A stretch of 64,000 nucleotides of DNA from Eledone cirrhosa (taxonomy: Eukaryota). The stretch lies in contig OZ024744.1 in NCBI GenBank assembly GCA_964016885.1, positions 558,001 through 622,000 of the forward strand, given 5' to 3'. Position numbers and translations under genes: made by a program. Below are positions 52,301-63,149 of this stretch, piece by piece; the first letter of the stretch is position 1, and the number at the start of each line of letters is the position of its first letter. Below the pieces are notes generated by a model. That model saw only the letters and a program-made list of their open reading frames with translations, did no database searches and was not told the origin of the DNA.

Positions 52301-52560
52301 GTGAAGAACGACGTTTTGTGGGAAGACAAGGTAGAGCAACATAGTTGGTGAAGAACGACGTTTTGAGGGAAGACAAGGTAGAGGAAGATAGCTTGGTGAA
52401 GAATGAAGTTTTGAGGGAAGACAAGGTAGAGAAAGATAGCTTGGTGAAGAACGAAGTTTTGGGGGAAGACAATGTAGAGAAAGATAGCTTGGTGAAGAAC
52501 GAAGTTTTGAGGGAAGACAAGGTAGAGAAAGATAGCTTGGTGAAGAACGAAGTTTTGGGG
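49320..52560. repeat. Tandem duplication of ~1,624 bp (34 monomers)
   Basis: CTTAATG marker at ~49625/~51249. ORFs 49337/50961, 50149/51772, 50501/52124, 50722/52345. Shared AAAGGTAGTTGG and GAGCAACATAG. Confidence 0.9.
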
Positions 52561-55500
52561 GAAGACAAGGTAGAGAAAGATAGCTTGGTGAAGAACGAAG
52601 TTTTGAGGGAAGACAAGGTAGAGAAAGATAGCTTGGTGAAGAACGAAGTTTTGAGGGAAGACAAGGTAGAGAAAGATAGTTGGTGAAGAACGAAGCTTTG
52701 AGGGAAGACAAGGTAGAGAAAGATAGCTTGGTGAAGAACGATGTTTTGAAAGAAGACAAGGTAGAGAAAGATAGCTTGGTGAAGAACGGAGTTTTGGGGG
52801 AAGACAAGGTAGAGAAAGATAGCTTGATGAAGTACGAAGTTTTGGGGGAAGACAAGGTAGAGAAAGATAGCTTGGTGAAGAACGACGTTTTGTGGGAAGA
52901 CAAGGTAGAGAAACATAGTTGGTGAAGAACGAAATTTTGAGCGAAGACAAGGTAGAGAAAGATAGCTTGGTGAAGAACGAAGTTTTGAGGGAAGACAAGG
53001 TAGAGAAAGATAGCTTGGTGAAGAACGAAGTTTTGGGGGAAGACAAGGTAGAGAAAGATAGCTTGGTGAAGAACGAAGTTTTGAGGGAAGACAAGGTAGA
53101 GAAAGATAGTTGGTAAAGAACGAAGTTTTGAAGGAAGACAAGGTAGAGAAAGATAGCTTGGTGAAGAACGACGTTTTGAGGGAAGACAAGGTATAGAAAG
53201 ATAGCTTGGTGAAGAACGACGTTTTCGGGGAAGAAAAGGTAGAGAAAGATAGCTTGGTGAAGAACAAAGTTTTGGGGGAAGACAAGGTAGAGAAAGATAG
53301 CTTGGTGAAGAACGAAGTATTGAGGGAAGACTCGGTAGAGAAAGATAGCTTGGTGAAGAACGAAGTTTTGAGGGAAGACAAGGTAGAGAAAGATAGCTTG
53401 GTGAAGAACGAGGTTTTGAGGGAAGACAATGTAGAAAAAGATAGCTTGGTGAAGAACGAAGTTTTGGGGGAAGACAAGGTAGAGATAGATAGCTTGGTGA
53501 AGAACGAAGTTTGAGGGAAGACAAGGTAGAGAAAGATAGCTTGGTGAAGAACGAAGTTTGAGGGAAGACAAGGTAGAGAAAGATAGCTTGGTGAAGAACG
53601 AAGATTTGACGGAAGACAAGGTAGAGAAATATAGCTTGCTGAAGAACGAAGTTTTGAGGGAAGACAAGGTAGAGAAAGATAGGTTGATGAAGAACGAAGT
53701 TTGGGGGCAGATAAGGTAGAGAAAGATAGCTTGGTGAAGAACGAAGTTTTGAGGGAAGACAAGGTAGAGAAAGATAGCTTGGTGAAGAACGAAGTTTTGG
53801 GGGAAGACAAGGTAGAGAAAGATAGCTTGGTGAAGAACGAAATTTTGAGGGAAGACAAGGTAGAGAAAGATAGCTTGGTGAAGAACGAAGTTTTGGGGGA
53901 AGACAAGGTAGAGAAAGATAGCTTGGTGAAGAACGAAGTTTTGAGGGAAGACAAGGTAGAGAAAGGTAGTTGGTGAAGAACGAAGTTTTGAGGGAAGACA
54001 AGGTAGAGAAAGATAGCTTGGTGAAGAACGACGGTTTGAGGGAAGACAAGGTAGAGAAAGATAGCTTGGTGAAGAACGACGTTTTGAGGGAAGACAAGGT
54101 AGAGAAAGATAGCTTGGTGAAGAACGAAGTTTTGGGGGAAGACAAGGTAGAGAAAGATAGCTTGATGAAGTACGAAGTTTTGGGGGAAGACAAGGTAGAG
54201 AAAGATAGCTTGGTGAAGAACGACGTTTTGTGGGAAGACAAGGTAGAGAAACATAGTTGGTGAAGAACGAAGTTTTGAGGGAAGACAAGGTAGAGAAAGA
54301 TAGGTTGATGAAGAACGAAGTTTGGGGGCAGATAAGGTAGAGAAAGATAGCTTGGTGAAGAACGAAGTTTTGAGGGAAGACAAGGTAGAGAAAGATAGCT
54401 TGGTGAAGAACGAAGTTTTGGGGGAAGACAAGGTAGAGAAAGATAGCTTGATGAAGTACGAAGTTTTGGGGGAAGACAAGGTAGAGAAAGATAGCTTGGT
54501 GAAGAACGACGTTTTGTGGGAAGACAAGGTAGAGCAACATAGTTGGTGAAGAACGAAGTTTTGAGGGAAGACAAGGTAGAGGAAGATAGCTTGGTGAAGA
54601 ATGAAGTTTTGAGGGAAGACAAGGTAGAGAAAGATAGCTTGGTGAAGAACGAAGTTTTGGGGGAAGACAATGTAGAGAAAGATAGCTTGGTGAAGAACGA
54701 AGTTTTGAGGGAAGACAAGGTAGAGAAAGATAGCTTGGTGAAGAACGAAGTTTTGGGGGAAGACAAGGTAGAAAAAGATAGCTTGGTGAAGAACGAAGTT
54801 TTGAGGGAAGACAAGGTAGAGAAAGATAGCTTGGTGAAGAACGAAGTTTTGAGGGAAGACAAGGTAGAGAAAGATAGTTGGTGAAGAACGAAGCTTTGAT
54901 GGAAGACAAGGTAGAGAAAGATAGCTTGGTGAAGAACGATGTTTTGAAAGAAGACAAGGTAGAGAAAGATAGCTTGGTGAAGAACGGAGTTTTGGGGGAA
55001 GACAAGGTAGAGAAAGATAGCTTGATGAAGTACGAAGTTTTGGGGGAAGACAAGGTAGAGAAAGATAGCTTGGTGAAGAACGACGTTTTGTGGGAAGACA
55101 AGGTAGAGAAACATAGTTGGTGAAGAACGAAATTTTGAGCGAAGACAAGGTAGAGAAAGATAGCTTGGTGAAGAACGAAGTTTTGAGGGAAGACAAGGTA
55201 GAGAAAGATAGCTTGGTGAAGAACGAAGTTTTGGGGGAAGACAAGGTAGAGAAAGATAGTTGGTAAAGAACGAAGTTTTGAAGGAAGACAAGGTAGAGAA
55301 AGATAGCTTGGTGAAGAACGACGTTTTGAGGGAAGACAAGGTATAGAAAGATAGCTTGGTGAAGAACGACGTTTTCGGGGAAGAAAAGGTAGAGAAAGAT
55401 AGCTTGGTGAAGAACAAAGTTTTGGGGGAAGACAAGGTAGAGAAAGATAGCTTGGTGAAGAACGAAGTATTGAGGGAAGACTCGGTAGAGAAAGATAGCT

Positions 55501-55850
55501 TGGTGAAGAACGAAGTTTTGAGGGAAGACAAGGTAGAGAAAGATAGCTTGGTGAAGAACGAGGTTTTGAGGGAAGACAATGTAGAAAAAGATAGCTTGGT
55601 GAAGAACGAAGTTTTGGGGGAAGACAAGGTAGAGATAGATAGCTTGGTGAAGAACGAAGTTTGAGGGAAGACAAGGTAGAGAAAGATAGCTTGGTGAAGA
55701 ACGAAGTTTGAGGGAAGACAAGGTAGAGAAAGATAGCTTGGTGAAGAACGAAGATTTGACGGAAGACAAGGTAGAGAAATATAGCTTGATGAAGAACGAA
55801 GTTTTGAGGGAAGACAAGGTAGAGAAAGATAGGTTGATGAAGAACGAAGT
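51560..55850. repeat. Tandem duplication of ~2,198 bp (46 monomers; 2,150 after loss of one monomer)
   Basis: ORFs 51772/53970, 52124/54322, 52680/54878 (2198) and 53206/55356 (2150). AAGCTT at 52693/54891. Confidence 0.9.
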
Positions 55851-58800
55851 TTGGGGGCAGATAAGGTAGAGAAAGATAGCTTGGTGAAGAACGAAGTTTG
55901 AGGGAAGACAAGGTAGAGAAAGATAGCTTGGTGAAGAACGAAGATTTGACGGAAGACAAGGTAGAGAAATATAGCTTGATGAAGAACGAAGTTTTGAGGG
56001 AAGACAAGGTAGAGAAAGATAGGTTGATGAAGAACGAAGTTTGGGGGCAGATAAGGTAGAGAAAGATAGCTTGGTGAAGAACGAAGTTTTGAGGGAAGAC
56101 AAGGTAGAGAAAGATGGCTTGGTGAAGAACGAAGTTTTGGGGGAAGACAAGGTAGAGAAAGATAGCTTGGTGAAGAACGAAGTTTTGAGGGAAGACAAGG
56201 TAGAGAAAGATAGCTTGGTGAAGAAAGAAGTTTTGGGGGAAGACAAGGTAGAGAAAGAGAGCTTGGTGAAGAACGAAGTTTTGAGGGAAGACAAGGTAGA
56301 GAAAGATAGCTTGGTGAAGAACGAAGTTTTGAGGGAAGACCAGGTAGAGAAAGATAGTTGTGAAGAACGAAGTTTTGAGGGAAGACAAGGTAGAGAAAGA
56401 TAGCTTGGTGAAGAACGACGGTTTGAGGGAAGACAAGGTAGAGAAAGATAGCTTGGTGAAGAACGACGTTTTGAGGGAAGACAAGGTAGAGAAAGATAGC
56501 TTGGTGAAGAACGAAGTTTTGGGGGAAGACAAGGTAGAGAAAGATAGCTTGGTGAAGAACGAAGTTTTGAGGGAAGACAAGGTAGAGAAAGATAGCTTGG
56601 TGAAGAACGAAGTTTTGAGGGAAGACAAGGTAGAGAAAGATAGTTGGTGAAGAACGAAGCTTTGAGGGAAGACAAGGTAGAGAAAGATAGCTTGGTGAAG
56701 AACGATGTTTTGAAAGAAGACAAGGTAGAGAAAGATAGCTTGGTGAAGAACGGAGTTTTGGGGGAAGACAAGGTAGAGAAAGATAGCTTGATGAAGTACG
56801 AAGTTTTGGGGGAAGACAAGGTAGAGAAAGATAGCTTGGTGAAGAACGACGTTTTGTGGGAAGACAAGGTAGAGAAACATAGTTGGTGAAGAACGAAATT
56901 TTGAGCGAAGACAAGGTAGAGAAAGATAGCTTGGTGAAGAACGAAGTTTTGAGGGAAGACAAGGTAGAGAAAGATAGCTTGGTGAAGAACGAAGTTTTGG
57001 GGGAAGACAAGGTAGAGAAAGATAGCTTGGTGAAGAACGAAGTTTTGAGGGAAGACAAGGTAGAGAAAGATAGTTGGTAAAGAACGAAGTTTTGAAGGAA
57101 GACAAGGTAGAGAAAGATAGCTTGGTGAAGAACGACGTTTCGAGGGAAGACAAGGTATAGAAAGATAGCTTGGTGAAGAACGACGTTTTCGGGGAAGAAA
57201 AGGTAGAGAAAGATAGCTTGGTGAAGAACAAAGTTTTGGGGGAAGACAAGGTAGAGAAAGATAGCTTGGTGAAGAACGAAGTATTGAGGGAAGACTCGGT
57301 AGAGAAAGATAGCTTGGTGAAGAACGAAGTTTTGAGGGAAGACAAGGTAGAGAAAGATAGCTTGGTGAAGAACGAGGTTTTGAGGGAAGACAATGTAGAG
57401 AAAGATAGCTTGGTGAAGAACGAAGTTTTGGGGGAAGACAAGGTAGAGATAGATAGCTTAGTGAAGAACGAAGTTTGAGGGAAGACAAGGTAGAGAAAGA
57501 TAGCTTGGTGAAGAACGAAGTTTGAGGGAAGACAAGGTAGAGAAAGATAGCTTGGTGAAGAACGAAGATTTGACGGAAGACAAGGTAGAGAAATATAGCT
57601 TGATGAAGAACGAAGTTTTGAGGGAAGACAAGGTAGAGAAAGATAGGTTGATGAAGAACGAAGTTTGGGGGCAGATAAGGTAGAGAAAGATAGCTTGGTG
57701 AAGAACGAAGTTTGAGGGAAGACAAGGTAGAGAAAGATAGCTTGGTGAAGAACGAAGATTTGACGGAAGACAAGGTAGAGAAATATAGCTTGATGAAGAA
57801 CGAAGTTTTGAGGGAAGACAAGGTAGAGAAAGATAGGTTGATGAAGAACGAAGTTTGGGGGCAGATAAGGTAGAGAAAGATAGCTTGGTGAAGAACGAAG
57901 TTTTGAGGGAAGACAAGGTAGAGAAAGATGGCTTGGTGAAGAACGAAGTTTTGGGGGAAGACAAGGTAGAGAAAGATAGCTTGGTGAAGAACGAAGTTTT
58001 GAGGGAAGACAAGGTAGAGAAAGATAGCTTGGTGAAGAAAGAAGTTTTGGGGGAAGACAAGGTAGAGAAAGATAGCTTGGTGAAGAACGAAGTTTTGAGG
58101 GAAGACAAGGTAGAGAAAGATAGCTTGGTGAAGAACGAAGTTTTGAGGGAAGACCAGGTAGAGAAAGATAGTTGTGAAGAACGAAGTTTTGAGGGAAGAC
58201 AAGGTAGAGAAAGATAGCTTGGTGAAGAACGACAGTTTGAGGGAAGACAAGGTAGAGAAAGATAGCTTGGTGAAGAACGACGTTTTGAGGGAAGACAAGG
58301 TAGAGAAAGATAGCTTGGTGAAGAACGAAGTTTTGGGGGAAGACAAGGTAGAGAAAGATAGCTTGGTGAAGAACGAAGTTTTGAGGGAAGACAAGGTAGA
58401 GAAAGATAGCTTGGTGAAGAACGAAGTTTTGAGGGAAGACAAGGTAGAGAAAGATAGTTGGTGAAGAACGAAGCTTTGAGGGAAGACAAGGTAGAGAAAG
58501 ATAGCTTGGTGAAGAACGATGTTTTGAAAGAAGACAAGGTAGAGAAAGATAGCTTGGTGAAGAACGGAGTTTTGGGGGAAGACAAGGTAGAGAAAGATAG
58601 CTTGATGAAGTACGAAGTTTTGGGGGAAGACAAGGTAGAGAAAGATAGCTTGGTGAAGAACGACGTTTTGTGGGAAGACAAGGTAGAGAAACATAGTTGG
58701 TGAAGAACGAAATTTTGAGCGAAGACAAGGTAGAGAAAGATAGCTTGGTGAAGAACGAAGTTTTGAGGGAAGACAAGGTAGAGAAAGATAGCTTGGTGAA

Positions 58801-60150
58801 GAACGAAGTTTTGGGGGAAGACAAGGTAGAGAAAGATAGCTTGGTGAAGAACGAAGTTTTGAGGGAAGACAAGGTAGAGAAAGATAGTTGGTAAAGAACG
58901 AAGTTTTGAAGGAAGACAAGGTAGAGAAAGATAGCTTGGTGAAGAACGACGTTTTGAGGGAAGACAAGGTATAGAAAGATAGCTTGGTGAAGAACGACGT
59001 TTTCGGGGAAGAAAAGGTAGAGAAAGATAGCTTGGTGAAGAACAAAGTTTTGGGGGAAGACAAGGTAGAGAAAGATAGCTTGGTGAAGAACGAAGTATTG
59101 AGGGAAGACTCGGTAGAGAAAGATAGCTTGGTGAAGAACGAAGTTTTGAGGGAAGACAAGGTAGAGAAAGATAGCTTGGTGAAGAACGAGGTTTTGAGGG
59201 AAGACAATGTAGAGAAAGATAGCTTGGTGAAGAACGAAGTTTTGGGGGAAGACAAGGTAGAGATAGATAGCTTGGTGAAGAACGAAGTTTGAGGGAAGAC
59301 AAGGTAGAGAAAGATAGCTTGGTGAAGAACGAAGTTTGAGGGAAGACAAGGTAGAGAAAGATAGCTTGGTGAAGAACGAAGATTTGACGGAAGACAAGGT
59401 AGAGAAATATAGCTTGATGAAGAACGAAGTTTTGAGGGAAGACAAGGTAGAGAAAGATAGGTTGATGAAGAACGAAGTTTGGGGGCAGATAAGGTAGAGA
59501 AAGATAGCTTGGTGAAGAACGAAGTTTGAGGGAAGACAAGGTAGAGAAAGATAGCTTGGTGAAGAACGAAGATTTGACGGAAGACAAGGTAGAGAAATAT
59601 AGCTTGATGAAGAACGAAGTTTTGAGGGAAGACAAGGTAGAGAAAGATAGGTTGATGAAGAACGAAGTTTGGGGGCAGATAAGGTAGAGAAAGATAGCTT
59701 GGTGAAGAACGAAGTTTTGAGGGAAGACAAGGTAGAGAAAGATGGCTTGGTGAAGAACGAAGTTTTGGGGGAAGACAAGGTAGAGAAAGATAGCTTGGTG
59801 AAGAACGAAGTTTTGAGGGAAGACAAGGTAGAGAAAGATAGCTTGGTGAAGAAAGAAGTTTTGGGGGAAGACAAGGTAGAGAAAGATAGCTTGGTGAAGA
59901 ACGAAGTTTTGAGGGAAGACAAGGTAGAGAAAGATAGCTTGGTGAAGAACGAAGTTTTGAGGGAAGACCAGGTAGAGAAAGATAGTTGTGAAGAACGAAG
60001 TTTTGAGGGAAGACAAGGTAGAGAAAGATAGCTTGGTGAAGAACGACGGTTTGAGGGAAGACAAGGTAGAGAAAGATAGCTTGGTGAAGAACGACGTTTT
60101 GAGGGAAGACAAGGTAGAGAAAGATAGCTTGGTGAAGAACGAAGTTTTGG
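55260..60150. repeat. ~2.7 tandem copies of a 1,814-bp (38-monomer) unit with an internal 190-bp doublet
   Basis: ORFs 55356/57170/58984, 56041/57855/59669, 56360/58174/59988. TTGGGGGCAGAT at 55851 and 56041 (190). Confidence 0.93.
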
Positions 60151-63149
60151 GGGAAAGCAAAGGTAGAGAAAGATAGCTTGATGAAGTACGAAGTTTGGGG
60201 GAAGACAAGGTAGAGAAAGATAGCTTGGTGAAGAACGACGTTTTGTGGGGAGACAAGGTAGAGAAACATAGTTGCTGAAGAACGAAGTTTTGAGGGAAGA
60301 CAAGGTAGAGAAAGATAGGTTGATGAAGAACGAAGTTTGGGGGCAGATAAGGTAGAGAAAGATAGCTTGGTGAAGAACGAAGTTTTGAGGGAAGACAAGG
60401 TAGAGAAAGATAGTTGGTGAAGAACGAAGTTTTGAGGGAAGACAAGGTAGAGAAAGATAGCTTGGTGAAGAACGACGTTTTGAGGGAAGACAAGGTAGAG
60501 AAAGATAGCTTGGTAAAGAACGAAGTTTTGGGGGAAGACAAGGTAGAGAAAGATAGCTTGATGAAGTACGAAGTTTTGGGGAAAGACAAGGTAGAGAAAG
60601 ATAGCTTGGTGAAGAACGACGTTTTGTGGGAAGACAAGGTAGAGAAACATAGTTGGTGAAGAACGAAATTTTGAGGGAAGACAAGGTAGAGAAAGATAGC
60701 TTGGTGAAGAACGAAGTTTTGAGGGAAGACAAGGTAGAGAAAGATAGCTTGATGAAGAACGAAGTTTTGAGGGAAGACAAGGTAGAGAAAGATAGCTTGA
60801 TGAAGTACGAAGTTTTGGGGGAAGACAAGGTATAGAAAGATAGCTTGGTGAAGAACGAAGTTTTGAGGGAAGACAAGGTAGAGAAAGATAGCTTGATGAA
60901 GAACGAAGTTTTGAGGGAAGACAAGGTAGAGAAAGATAGCTTGGTGAAGAACGAAGTTTTGGGGGAAGACAATGTAGAGAAAGATAGCTTGATGAAGAAC
61001 GAAGTTTTGGGGGAAGACAAGGTAGAGAAAGATAGCTTGGTGAAGAACGAAGTTTTGAGGGAAGACAAGGTAGAGAAAGATAGCTTGGTGAAGAACGAAG
61101 TTTTGGGGGAAGACAAGGTAGAGAAAGATAGCTTGGTGAAGAACGAAGTTTTGAGGGAAGACAAGGTAGAGAAAGATAGCTTGGTGAAGAACGAAGTTTT
61201 GGGGGAAGACAAGGTAGAGAAAGATAGCTTGGTGAAGAACGAAGTTTTGAGGGAAGACAAGGTAGAGAAAGATAATTGGTAAAGAACGAAGTTTTGAGGG
61301 AAGACAAGGTAGAGAAAGATAGCTTGGTGAAGAACGACGTTTTGAGGGAAGACAAGGTATAGAAAGATAGCTTGGTGAAGAACGACGTTTTCGGGGAAGA
61401 AAAGGTAGAGAAAGATAGATTGGTGAAGAACAAAGTTTTGGTGGAAGACAAGGTAGAGAAAGATAGCTTGGTGAAGAACGAAGTATTGAGGGAAGACTCG
61501 GTAGAGAAAGATAGCTTGGTGAAGAACGAAGTTTTGAGGGAAGACAAGGTAGATAAAGATAGCTTGGTGAAGAACGAGGTTTTGAGGGAAGACAATGTAG
61601 AGAAAGATAGCTTGGTGAAGAACGAAGTTTTGGGGGAAGACAAGGTAGAGAAAGATAGCTTGGTGAAGAACGAAGTTTTGAGGGAAGCCAAGGTAGAGAA
61701 AGATAGCCTGGTGAAGAACGAAGTTTTGGGGGATGACAAAGTAGAGAAAGATAGCTTGGTGAAGAACGAAGTTTTGGGGGAAGACAAGGTAGAGAAAGAT
61801 AGCTTGATGAAGAACGAAGTTTTTGGGAAGACAAGGTAGAGAAAGATAGCTTGGTGAAGAACGAAGTTTTGAGGGAAGACAAGGTAGAGAAAGATAGCTT
61901 GGTGAAGAACGAACTTTTGGGGGAAGACAAGGTAGAGAAAGATAGCTTGGTGAAGAACGAAGTTTTGCGGGAAGACAAGGTAGAGAAATATAGCTCGGTG
62001 AAGAACGAAGTTTTGAGGGAAGACAAGGTAGTGAAAGATAGCTTGGTGAAGAACGAAGTTTTGGGGGAAGACAAGGTAGAGAAAGATAGCTTGGTGAAGA
62101 ACGAAGTTTTGAAGGAAGACAAGGTAGAGAAAGATAGCTTGGTGAAGAACGAAGTTATGAGGGAAGACAAGGTAGAGAAAGATAGTTGGTGAAGAACGAA
62201 GTTTTGAGGGAAGACAAGGTAGAGAAAGATAGCTTGGTGAAGAACGACGTTTTGAGGGAAGACAAGGTAGAGAAAGATAGCTTGATGAAGTACGAAGTTT
62301 TGGGGGAAGACAAGGTAGAGAAAGATAGCTTGGTGAAGAACGAAGTTTTGCGGGAAGACAAGGTAGAGAAATATAGCTCGGTGAAGAACGAAGTTTTGAG
62401 GGAAGACAAGGTAGAGAAAGATAGCTTGGTGAAGAACGAAGTTTTGGGGGAAGACAAGGTAGAGAAAGATAGCTTGGTGAAGAACGAAGTTTTGAGGGAA
62501 GACAAGGTAGAGAAAGATAGCTTGGTGAAGAACGAAGTTATGAGGGAAGACAAGGTAGAGAAAGATAGTTGGTGAAGAACGAAGTTTTGAGGGAAGACAA
62601 GGTAGAGAAAGATAGCTTGGTGAAGAACGACGTTTTGAGGGAAGACAAGGTAGAGAAAGATAGCTTGATGAAGTACGAAGTTTTGGGGGAAGACAAGGTA
62701 GAGAAAGATAGCTTGGTGAAGAACGAAGTTTTGAGGGAAGACAAGGTAGAGAAAGATAGCTTGATGAAGAACGAAGTTTTGAGGGAAGACAAGGTAGAGA
62801 AAGATAGCTTGGTGAAGAACGAAGTATTGAGGGAAGACTAGGTAGAGAAAGATAGCTTGATGAAGAACGAAGTTTTGGGGGAAGACAAGGTAGAGAAAGA
62901 TAGCTTGGTGAAGAACGAAGTTTGAGGGAAGACAAGGTAGAGAAAGATAGCTTGGTGAAGAACGAAGTTTGAGGGAAGACAAGGTAGAGATAGATAGCTT
63001 GGTGAAGAACGAAGTTTGAGGGAAGACAAGGTAGAGAAAGATAGCTTGGTGAAGAACGAAGTTTGAGGGAAGACAAGGTAGAGAAAGATAGCTTGGTGAA
63101 GAACGAAGATTTGACGGAAGACAAGGTAGAGAAATATAGCTTGGTGAAG

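Noticed and set aside
49606-61787. Giant minus-strand ORFs (3884 aa, 3512 aa, and others up to ~2000 aa across the window)
   Set aside because: The + consensus has no TTA, CTA or TCA, so all three minus frames are open by default. The ORFs overlap in all frames, cycle among three peptides at each 1-bp deletion, and end only at rare variants.
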